Positions 56,972 to 64,000 of a stretch of DNA of 64,000 nt are shown in pieces. This stretch comes from an uncultured Spirochaetota bacterium (GTDB lineage Bacteria; Spirochaetota; Spirochaetia; SZUA-6; Fen-1364): contig CAWJSK010000013.1 of the NCBI GenBank assembly GCA_963845535.1, forward strand, positions 128,001 through 192,000, given 5' to 3'. Within the stretch, counting starts at the first letter, position 1. Every line of letters starts with the position of its first letter. The position numbers were made by a program, and so were the translations under genes. The notes below the pieces were generated by a model. It was not told the DNA's origin. It searched no databases and saw only the letters and a program-made list of their open reading frames with translations.

Positions 56972-57872
56972 CGAATACCTCTCCTATCTGAAGTCCGTGC
57001 GCAACCTCTCCACCCATACCCTCGAGTCCTACACGAAGGACCTGCTGAAGTACGAGGCGTTCCTGGAGGCGCGGGGAATCCCCGCGCTCAAGGCGGGGCT
57101 CGCGGAGGCGCGCGGGTTCGTGGGCAGCCTTTCCCGTGACGGCCTGGCCGCCCGCTCGGTCAACAGGATCATTTCCGGGGTGCGGGGGTGGTACCGATAC
57201 ATGGAGCGCCGGGGAGAGATCAGCGCCAATCCTTTTGCCGAGATCCGCAGCCTTCGCACGGAAAAGCGGCTGCCTTCGTTCCTTTTCGAGGATGAGATGG
57301 CGCGGCTGATCGAGCTGCCGTCACAGACTTCCTGCGCGGGAGAGGATTCGTTCTGGAAGCTTCGGGACAGGGCCGTCCTGGAAACGCTCTACTCCACGGG
57401 CTGCCGCATATCGGAGCTGGTGTCATTGAACATCGGGGATGTCGACCTGAAGAACTCGAGCGCCCGTGTCATGGGAAAAGGCTCGAAAGAGCGCAACGTG
57501 TTCCTCGGGTCATCCGCGGTCCTGGCGCTGCGGCAGTACATGAGCTGCCGTTCCTCGTACGCGCCCACGGCAGGCGTCTCCGTGGACTCGTCGCAGGCGG
57601 TCTTCATCAACCAGAGGGGAGGACGGATCACGGACAGGGGAGTGCGCTTCATCCTTGGCGAATACCTTGCCCGGGCAAACCTTGGCAAGCGCGTGACGCC
57701 GCATACCTTCCGCCACTCCTTTGCCACGCACCTGCTGGACAGGGGCGCGGACATCCGCGCCGTGCAGGAGCTGCTTGGCCATGCAAGCCTGTCCACGACG
57801 CAAGTCTACACGCACGTAGGACTGGAGAAACTGAAAAAGGTCTACAGGAGGGCCCATCCCCATGCCAACTGA
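56964..57872 (+). CDS. xerC: Tyrosine recombinase XerC
   Basis: [51 protein letters not shown] start at 56964. Confidence 0.88.
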   Translation: MPDEYLSYLKSVRNLSTHTLESYTKDLLKYEAFLEARGIPALKAGLAEARGFVGSLSRDGLAARSVNRIISGVRGWYRYMERRGEISANPFAEIRSLRTEKRLPSFLFEDEMARLIELPSQTSCAGEDSFWKLRDRAVLETLYSTGCRISELVSLNIGDVDLKNSSARVMGKGSKERNVFLGSSAVLALRQYMSCRSSYAPTAGVSVDSSQAVFINQRGGRITDRGVRFILGEYLARANLGKRVTPHTFRHSFATHLLDRGADIRAVQELLGHASLSTTQVYTHVGLEKLKKVYRRAHPHAN

Positions 57873-58404
57873 GACAATCCGCGGCACCACCATTATTGCC
57901 GTCCGCAGGAACGGGACAGTGGCCATGGCGGGGGACGGTCAGGTCACCATGGGGAACACGGTGATGAAGTCCAACGCGCGCAAAATAAGGAAGATTTTCG
58001 ACGGGAAGATCCTCGTCGGTTTTGCCGGAGGCACCGCGGATGCCTTCACGCTTTTCGAGCGCTTCGAGGGAAAGGTGAAGGAGTACGGCGGTGACCTGAC
58101 TCGGGCCGCCGTGGAGCTGGCCAAGGACTGGAGGACGGACAGGATCCTCAGACGCCTGGAGGCCATGCTCCTGGTAACGGACAAGAAGGCCACCTTCCTC
58201 ATCTCGGGCACGGGGGACGTGATCGAGCCGGAAGAAGGGGTTATTGCAATAGGGTCCGGCGGGCCTTACGCGTACGCCGCTGCGCTCGCCTATATGGATG
58301 CCTCCACTCTGGGCGCCCGGGAGATAGCGGAAAAAGCGCTTCGGATCGCGGCAGGCATCTGCATCTACACGAATGAGGAAGTCGTGGTGGAGGAGCTGGC
58401 ATGA
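57862..58404 (+). CDS. hslV: ATP-dependent protease subunit HslV
   Basis: TTIIAV, GDGQVT, GFAG.TADAF, IGSGG.YA, CIYTN. Confidence 0.97.
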   Translation: MPTETIRGTTIIAVRRNGTVAMAGDGQVTMGNTVMKSNARKIRKIFDGKILVGFAGGTADAFTLFERFEGKVKEYGGDLTRAAVELAKDWRTDRILRRLEAMLLVTDKKATFLISGTGDVIEPEEGVIAIGSGGPYAYAAALAYMDASTLGAREIAEKALRIAAGICIYTNEEVVVEELA

Positions 58405-59828
58405 AAACCGCAAACGCTCCCGTGACAAAAGGGAGCGAGCTCACGCCCCGAGAGATCGTGCTTGAGCTGGACAAGTACATCATTGGCCAGGACAAGGCCA
58501 AGAAGGCCGTGGCCATAGCGCTGCGCAACCGCCTGCGGAGGCAGCGCCTCCCGGAGGACCTGCGGGATGAGGTTGCCCCGAAGAACATCATCATGATCGG
58601 CCCCACCGGTGTCGGCAAGACGGAGATCGCTCGAAGGCTTTCCAAGCTGTGCGGCGCGCCCTTCATCAAGGTGGAAGCCACGAAGTACACGGAAGTCGGC
58701 TACGTGGGCAGGGACGTTGAGTCCATGGTGCGTGACCTCGTGTCCGTCGCCGTCTCCATGGTGAAGTCCGAGCTGGCGGAGGACGTTCGGGTAGAGGCCG
58801 AGCGCAGGGCGGAGGAGGCTCTTCTTGACCTTCTTCTCCCGGGCGTGAAGCAGCCGCGGCGGGCGGAACGGGAGGACGAACCAACCGAGGTCCAGGAAAT
58901 CACGGAGCCGCAAGCCGCGGCTGCTGACGGAGAAGTGGAGACGGCACGGGGGTCCGGCACGCGGGAGAAGCTCCGCCAGATGCTTTCCCGCGGGCTCATG
59001 GACGAACGCCTTGTCGAGGTGAGCGTGACGAAAAGCGCCATGCCCATGATGGAAATCTTCTCCGGCACGAACATGGAGGACATGGAGCTGAACTTCGGGA
59101 ACCTCGGCTCGATCTTCGGGGGAAAGAAGAAGCGCAAGAAAGTCACCGTCCGCCAGGCGCGGGAGATTCTCCTGAACGAGGAGATGGACAAGCTCGTGGA
59201 CATGGACCGGGTCTCCGAGCTCGCCCGGCAGCGGGTGGAGGAAATGGGGATCATTTTCATTGATGAAATCGACAAGATAGCTTCCCGGGGGGAAAAAGTC
59301 GGAATTGACGTCTCGCGGGAAGGGGTCCAGCGGGACATCCTGCCCATCGTCGAGGGGTCGAAGGTGAACACCCGGCACGGGATCGTTGATACCCGCCACA
59401 TCCTCTTCATTGCCGCGGGCGCATTCCACATGAGCAAGCCCTCGGACCTGATCCCTGAGCTGCAGGGCCGCTTCCCGTTGCGCGTGGAGCTTTCCGCGCT
59501 GAGCAAAGAGGACTTCGTGAAGATCCTCACCCAGCCGAGGAACGCCCTGATCACGCAGTACACGGAGCTGCTGAAGACGGAAGGAGTCGGCCTGGAGTTC
59601 ATGCCGGAGGCAATCGACAGGATCGCGGAGATAGCCACGGAGGTGAACTCGCGGTCGGAAAACATCGGCGCCCGGAGGTTGCACACCATCATGGAGCTTC
59701 TCCTGGAGGAGGTCTCCTTCCATGCGCCGGAGATCTCGGGCCAGACCATCTCCATTACGCGCGGGTACGTGGATGAGAAGCTGACGAATGTGATCGAGGA
59801 CCAGGATTTGACGAGGTACATACTATAG
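58401..59828 (+). CDS. hslU: ATP-dependent protease ATPase HslU
   Basis: [39 protein letters not shown]. Confidence 0.97.
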   Translation: MKTANAPVTKGSELTPREIVLELDKYIIGQDKAKKAVAIALRNRLRRQRLPEDLRDEVAPKNIIMIGPTGVGKTEIARRLSKLCGAPFIKVEATKYTEVGYVGRDVESMVRDLVSVAVSMVKSELAEDVRVEAERRAEEALLDLLLPGVKQPRRAEREDEPTEVQEITEPQAAAADGEVETARGSGTREKLRQMLSRGLMDERLVEVSVTKSAMPMMEIFSGTNMEDMELNFGNLGSIFGGKKKRKKVTVRQAREILLNEEMDKLVDMDRVSELARQRVEEMGIIFIDEIDKIASRGEKVGIDVSREGVQRDILPIVEGSKVNTRHGIVDTRHILFIAAGAFHMSKPSDLIPELQGRFPLRVELSALSKEDFVKILTQPRNALITQYTELLKTEGVGLEFMPEAIDRIAEIATEVNSRSENIGARRLHTIMELLLEEVSFHAPEISGQTISITRGYVDEKLTNVIEDQDLTRYIL

Positions 59829-59846
59829 CGCGCCCGTAGGGCGCGC
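59828..59846 (+). terminator. Hairpin after hslU (no T tract)
   Basis: GCGCGCCC-GTA-GGGCGCGC. Confidence 0.4.
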
Positions 59847-59856
59847 GGAAGGGTGC

Positions 59857-59884
59857 TCAGCAGGCGGAGTGTTTTGACCGAAAA
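59857..59884 (+). promoter_or_regulatory. Possible sigma28-like promoter for flgB
   Basis: TCAG-N16-ACCGAAAA, 22 nt before the flgB ATG. Confidence 0.4.
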
Positions 59885-59906
59885 TAGAGGGGAGAGGTAG
59901 ACGAGC

Positions 59907-60323
59907 ATGGTTTTTGCCGGATCCTTTGGAAAAAACCTCGAGATCATGACTCGAGAGCTCGACGTTGCGGCGCTGCGCCAGAGCGTCATCGCCAACAACG
60001 TCGCCAACGCGGACACCCCGAACTTCAAGCGCAGCGTGGTGAACTTCGAGAGCCAGTTGCGGCGGGCGCTGGATTCCGAGAGGGCCCCCAGCTTTCCCCA
60101 GGTCATCACCGACCCGCGGGACATCCCTTTCGACCGGCCCATTGATTGGACGCAGGTGAAGCCGCGGCGCATCCTGGACTATCTCACGGAGGCAAAGAAC
60201 AACGGCAACAACGTGGATATCGAGGAAGAGGGCACCAACGCCCTGACCAACCAGCTTCTGTACAGCACCCTGACTCAGGCCGTGACAAGCGAGATCCAGG
60301 GCGTGAACATCGTGTTGAGGTAG
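59907..60323 (+). CDS. flgB: Flagellar basal body rod protein FlgB
   Basis: VIANNVANADTPNFK, NGNNVDIEEE. Confidence 0.95.
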   Translation: MVFAGSFGKNLEIMTRELDVAALRQSVIANNVANADTPNFKRSVVNFESQLRRALDSERAPSFPQVITDPRDIPFDRPIDWTQVKPRRILDYLTEAKNNGNNVDIEEEGTNALTNQLLYSTLTQAVTSEIQGVNIVLR

Positions 60324-60328
60324 CAGAG

Positions 60329-60787
60329 ATGGGAATGTTCAGCAGCATCGACACCGCGGCATCCGGGCTGACAGCCGAACGGCTGCGCCTGGACGTGATT
60401 GCGGACAACATCGCGAACGTCAACACCACACGGACCACGGAAGGCGGCCCCTTCCGCCGCAGCCGCGTGATCTTCCGCCCGCGCGTGGAGCAGCCTTACT
60501 GGCGCAGCCCGTTCCTGCCAAGCTACCTCAAGGACGAGGTGGGAAAAGGCGTCCGCGTCGCCAAGGTTGAAAAAGACTACGCCACCAATCCCCGGCTCGT
60601 GTACGACCCCACGCACCCGGACGCTATCAAGACCGGGCCACGCAAGGGATACGTGGAGTACCCCAACGTGAACATCGTGAACGAAATGGTGGACATGATT
60701 GCCGCCTCGCGCTCCTATGACGCGAACTCGGCCATCATCAATGCAACGAAGGCCATGTTCCTCAAGGCCCTCGACATAGGGAGATGA
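60329..60787 (+). CDS. flgC: Flagellar basal body rod protein FlgC
   Basis: ASGLTAERLRLDVIADNIAN, YDPTHPDA, PNVNIVNEMVDMI. Confidence 0.96.
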   Translation: MGMFSSIDTAASGLTAERLRLDVIADNIANVNTTRTTEGGPFRRSRVIFRPRVEQPYWRSPFLPSYLKDEVGKGVRVAKVEKDYATNPRLVYDPTHPDAIKTGPRKGYVEYPNVNIVNEMVDMIAASRSYDANSAIINATKAMFLKALDIGR

Positions 60788-60790
60788 TGA

Positions 60791-61123
60791 ATGGGGCCAG
60801 TCAACCAGATTCAGGCTTACGGCGACGTCGTGAAGATGGTCCGCACGGACCCGCATCACATTGCCGGCGTCGGCGAGCAGGCCGCTCCTGCCGGCGGGCC
60901 GGAGCGCTCCTTCGGGGACCTCCTCCTGGGCGCGCTGGGAAGCGTCAACGACAGCCAGCGGAAGAGCATGGACCTCACGCAGCAGATGATCATGAGCCCG
61001 GACTCGGTGAACGTGCATGACGTGACCATCGCGCTGGCGGAGGCGAACCTCGCGCTCTCCATGACCAAGTCCATCGTGGACAGGGCCCTTGCGGCGTACA
61101 GAGAGATCATCAACGTACGGTAG
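60791..61123 (+). CDS. fliE: Flagellar hook-basal body protein FliE
   Basis: SFGDLL..VNDSQ..VHDVTIA..AYREII. Confidence 0.93.
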   Translation: MGPVNQIQAYGDVVKMVRTDPHHIAGVGEQAAPAGGPERSFGDLLLGALGSVNDSQRKSMDLTQQMIMSPDSVNVHDVTIALAEANLALSMTKSIVDRALAAYREIINVR

Positions 61124-61170
61124 AAGAGACGGCTGAAGAGAAGGAACGAAGGGCATGACAGGGAGGGGAC

Positions 61171-62871
61171 ATGAACGAGTGGTGGAAGCGGATCCGTGAG
61201 CAGCTGACCGGGCTCTGGGCCCGGTGGAACTCAACCCAGAAGATCATCCTTTTCGCGATCCTCGGCGCGAGCATCCTGGCGGTCATCCTGCTGTTCAGCT
61301 TCAGCGCGACGCCGTCCATGGTGCCGCTCATATCCAGCCCGATCACCGACACGGACGCGCGGCTGCAGATTACGGCAAAGCTGGATGACCTGGGAATAAA
61401 ATACCAGCTTCGTCCGGACAACGTGTTTTACGTGGCTGACGAACCAACGGCGCGCCGCGTCAGGGTGATCCTCAACGAGGAGAACTTGATCCCCAAGGGC
61501 ACCGACCCGTGGGCCCTCTTCGACATGGAGCGTTGGACGACCACGGACTTCGAGCGGGACGTCAACCTCCAGCGCGCCATCACGAGGCAGCTGGAGCAGC
61601 ACATCCGGGCCCTGGACGACGTGGACAACGTGAGCGTCACGCTCGTGGTCCCCAAGACGGAGCTCTTCGAAGCTGACCAGAAGCCGACCACCGCGTCCGT
61701 GATCATCACTCCGAAACCGGGGTCGGACATCACGACCAACCGCAAGAAGATCATGGGCATACAGCGCCTCATATCCCTTGCGGTGGCGGGACTGAAGCCT
61801 GACAACATCGTCATTACCGACAACACCGGCCAGCAGATCAACGACTTCGCGGGGCTGGAGCAGGTGGACAGGCTGGAGCTTGCCAAGCGCGAGCTGCAGG
61901 TGAAGCAGCAGCTCGAGGCCAAGTACAACGGGGACATCACGGGCGCCCTTCGGGACATCTTCAGTCCGGACCGGGTGCGAATCCTCAAGATCGACATCAA
62001 GCTCGACATGAGCAAGGTGTCCTCCACGGCGGAGGAGTACTCCCCCATTGCCGTAGAGCCTGCCACCCGGTTCACGCCGCCCAAGTATGCGCCTTCCATT
62101 GCGCGCTCGACGCAGACCGTGGAGGAGCATTTCCAAGGCACCGGGTTCAACCCCGAAGGGCCTCCTGGCCAGGAAGGGCAGACGCCGCCGGCGTACAAGG
62201 ATCTCTCCAACCTCGTGGGCAAGTACGACAAGAGCTCGCAGACCACCAATAACGAGATCAACAAGAAAGTCACCAACGAGGAAAAACAACCGTGGGAAAT
62301 CCAGAGGATCACCACGGGAGTGGCCATTGACGGCATTTGGAGGGTAAAATACGACCAGAAGGGTCAGGTGATGCTCAACCCCGACGGCAGCATGCAGAGG
62401 GAGTACACCCCCGTATCGGATGACGACCTGGCAAAGGCCAAGGCGCTCATCCAGGGCGCCATTGGATTCGACCGGGACCGCGGAGACGACGTGGAGGTGC
62501 AGTCCATCCAGTTCGACCGCAGCGCCCAGTTCGAGAAGGAAGACTCCGTGTTCCGCCATGCCATGGCGGTCCGCAGGACCATCTACATGGTCTTGATTGG
62601 AATCGGGGCCGTGCTCTTCCTCGTGATCGCCTACCGCCTCATTGCCAAGGAAGTGGAGCGGCGCAGGCGGCTGCGGGAGGAGGAGCTTGCCCGACAGCAC
62701 CAGGCCATGCGTGAGGCGGCGCTGCGCACGGCGGAGGAGCACGGCGTGGAGGTTGAGCTTTCCGTGGAGGACAGGGCGCGCATGGAGATGCAGGAGAACG
62801 CCGTCAACATGGCTCGAGAGCATCCCGAGGACGTGGCGCAGCTCATTCGGACCTGGCTCGTGGAGGAGTAG
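61171..62871 (+). CDS. fliF: Flagellar MS-ring protein FliF
   Basis: N- and C-terminal TMs, TDFER, PTTASVII, AVAGLKPDNIVITD, AIGFDRDRGD, PEDVAQLIRTWL. Confidence 0.95.
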   Translation: MNEWWKRIREQLTGLWARWNSTQKIILFAILGASILAVILLFSFSATPSMVPLISSPITDTDARLQITAKLDDLGIKYQLRPDNVFYVADEPTARRVRVILNEENLIPKGTDPWALFDMERWTTTDFERDVNLQRAITRQLEQHIRALDDVDNVSVTLVVPKTELFEADQKPTTASVIITPKPGSDITTNRKKIMGIQRLISLAVAGLKPDNIVITDNTGQQINDFAGLEQVDRLELAKRELQVKQQLEAKYNGDITGALRDIFSPDRVRILKIDIKLDMSKVSSTAEEYSPIAVEPATRFTPPKYAPSIARSTQTVEEHFQGTGFNPEGPPGQEGQTPPAYKDLSNLVGKYDKSSQTTNNEINKKVTNEEKQPWEIQRITTGVAIDGIWRVKYDQKGQVMLNPDGSMQREYTPVSDDDLAKAKALIQGAIGFDRDRGDDVEVQSIQFDRSAQFEKEDSVFRHAMAVRRTIYMVLIGIGAVLFLVIAYRLIAKEVERRRRLREEELARQHQAMREAALRTAEEHGVEVELSVEDRARMEMQENAVNMAREHPEDVAQLIRTWLVEE

Positions 62872-62873
62872 GG

Positions 62874-63989
62874 ATGGCAAAGCAGCTCAGACCGGCCGCG
62901 CCTCCGCGCGAAAGGCCGGATGCCCAGGCAACCGTCGGCGCCCAGGCGCAGACGAAGAGAGAGAGCCCCAAAGGGGCCGGGGCGCATAAGAAGAACCTCA
63001 CCGGACGGCAGAAAGCCGCGGTGTTCCTCGTCACGCTGGGATCGGAGATCGCTTCAGAGATCTTCAAGCACCTGCGGGAAGACGAGATCGAGCAGCTCAC
63101 CTTCGAGATTGCCCGGCTGGAGAGCATAGAACCGCAGGAGCGGGACCTCGTCCTGATGGAGTTCCACGAGCTGATGATGGCCCAGGAGTTCATCTCCACG
63201 GGCGGCATCGACTATGCCCGCGAGCTGCTGGAAAAATCCCTCGGCACGCAGAAGGCCGTGGACATCATCAACAGGCTCACAAGCTCCCTGCAGGTGAGGC
63301 CGTTCGACTTCATCCGCCGCACGGATCCGGCGCACCTGCTCAATTTCATCCAGCAGGAGCACCCGCAGACCATCGCCCTGATCCTGGCGTACCTCGAGCC
63401 GCAGAAGGCTTCCATCATCCTGGGAAGCCTTCCGCATGAGATCCAGTCCGACGTGGCAAAGCGGATAGCCACCATGGACCGCACCTCCCCCGAGGTGCTT
63501 CGGGAAGTGGAGCGGGTCCTGGAAAAGAAGCTTTCCACCCTCTCCTCGGAGGACTACACCGCCGCGGGCGGCGTGGAGAGCATTGTCGAGATCCTGAACA
63601 TGGTGGACCGTTCCACGGAAAAGACCATCGTGGAAAGCCTGGAAGAGGACGACCCGGAGCTTGCGGAAGAGATCAAGAAGCGCATGTTCGTGTTCGAGGA
63701 CATCGTCCTCCTGGACGACCGCGCCATCCAGAAGGTGCTCCGAGAGGTGGATACGGCGGAGCTGGCCAAGGCGCTCAAGAGCGTGGACTCCGAGGTGCAG
63801 GACAAGATCTACCGCAACATGTCCAAGCGCGCCTCCACGCTGCTGAAAGAGGACATGGACTACATGGGGCCCATCCGGTTGAAGGACGTGGAGGAGGCCC
63901 AGCAGAGGATCGTCGCCATCATCCGCAAGCTGGAGGAGCAGGGCGAGATCGTGGTTGCCCGGGCCGGCGAAGAGGAGCTCGTTGTCTGA
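62874..63989 (+). CDS. fliG: Flagellar motor switch protein FliG
   Basis: LTGRQKAA, GGIDYA, EHPQTIAL, MFVFEDI, NMSKRA. Confidence 0.97.
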   Translation: MAKQLRPAAPPRERPDAQATVGAQAQTKRESPKGAGAHKKNLTGRQKAAVFLVTLGSEIASEIFKHLREDEIEQLTFEIARLESIEPQERDLVLMEFHELMMAQEFISTGGIDYARELLEKSLGTQKAVDIINRLTSSLQVRPFDFIRRTDPAHLLNFIQQEHPQTIALILAYLEPQKASIILGSLPHEIQSDVAKRIATMDRTSPEVLREVERVLEKKLSTLSSEDYTAAGGVESIVEILNMVDRSTEKTIVESLEEDDPELAEEIKKRMFVFEDIVLLDDRAIQKVLREVDTAELAKALKSVDSEVQDKIYRNMSKRASTLLKEDMDYMGPIRLKDVEEAQQRIVAIIRKLEEQGEIVVARAGEEELVV

Positions 63990-64000
63990 TGGCAAAGAAC
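63989..64000 (+). CDS. fliH: Probable start of FliH (MAKN...), truncated by the window
   Basis: ATG overlaps the fliG stop; only four codons visible, so the assignment is by gene order. Confidence 0.5.

Noticed and set aside
52783..57872. Phage or ICE integrases
   Set aside because: Both recombinases are XerD/XerC-like in a housekeeping context with dprA and topA; no att sites or phage genes.
55295..62880. Long minus-strand ORFs (55295-56962, 58700-60172, 61231-62880 and similar ones elsewhere, e.g. 35248-36927, 37380-38861)
   Set aside because: Antisense shadows of well-supported genes, expected in GC-rich DNA; no recognisable motifs.

Overview
GC-rich chromosomal segment, most likely from a Spirochaetia bacterium. 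The reduced dcw cluster (mraZ-rsmH-ftsL-murF-mraY-ftsW-ftsQ-ftsA-ftsZ) runs straight into xerD-dprA-topA-xerC-hslVU-flgBC-fliEFG(H), a gene order known from spirochaetes. The left ~35 kb is accessory metabolism and signalling: three sugar ABC modules (one only partly in the window), a GH38/DUF5054-like glycosidase, a nucleoside ABC + PNP + DUF985 cupin operon, a hybrid kinase/HD-GYP pair, an atypical P-II, an aminotransferase-oxidoreductase-gnd operon, ldh, an atypical MTA/SAH nucleosidase-like gene and an RHH-USP-pcm operon. I saw no rRNA, tRNA, CRISPR array, transposase or prophage. The best candidate for something undescribed is a ~105-nt structured intergenic RNA (32368-32473). It displays a 12-nt copy of the 16S anti-Shine-Dalgarno tail in a hairpin loop, sits behind an ECF-sigma-like promoter motif and ends in a perfect intrinsic terminator. 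Other notable items are a sigma28-like promoter upstream of mraZ, a 50-bp duplication with a long palindrome next to an internally deleted pbpC remnant, several apparent pseudoenzymes, and two single-base frameshifts that look like assembly errors. All calls come from reading the sequence by eye; no searches were run.
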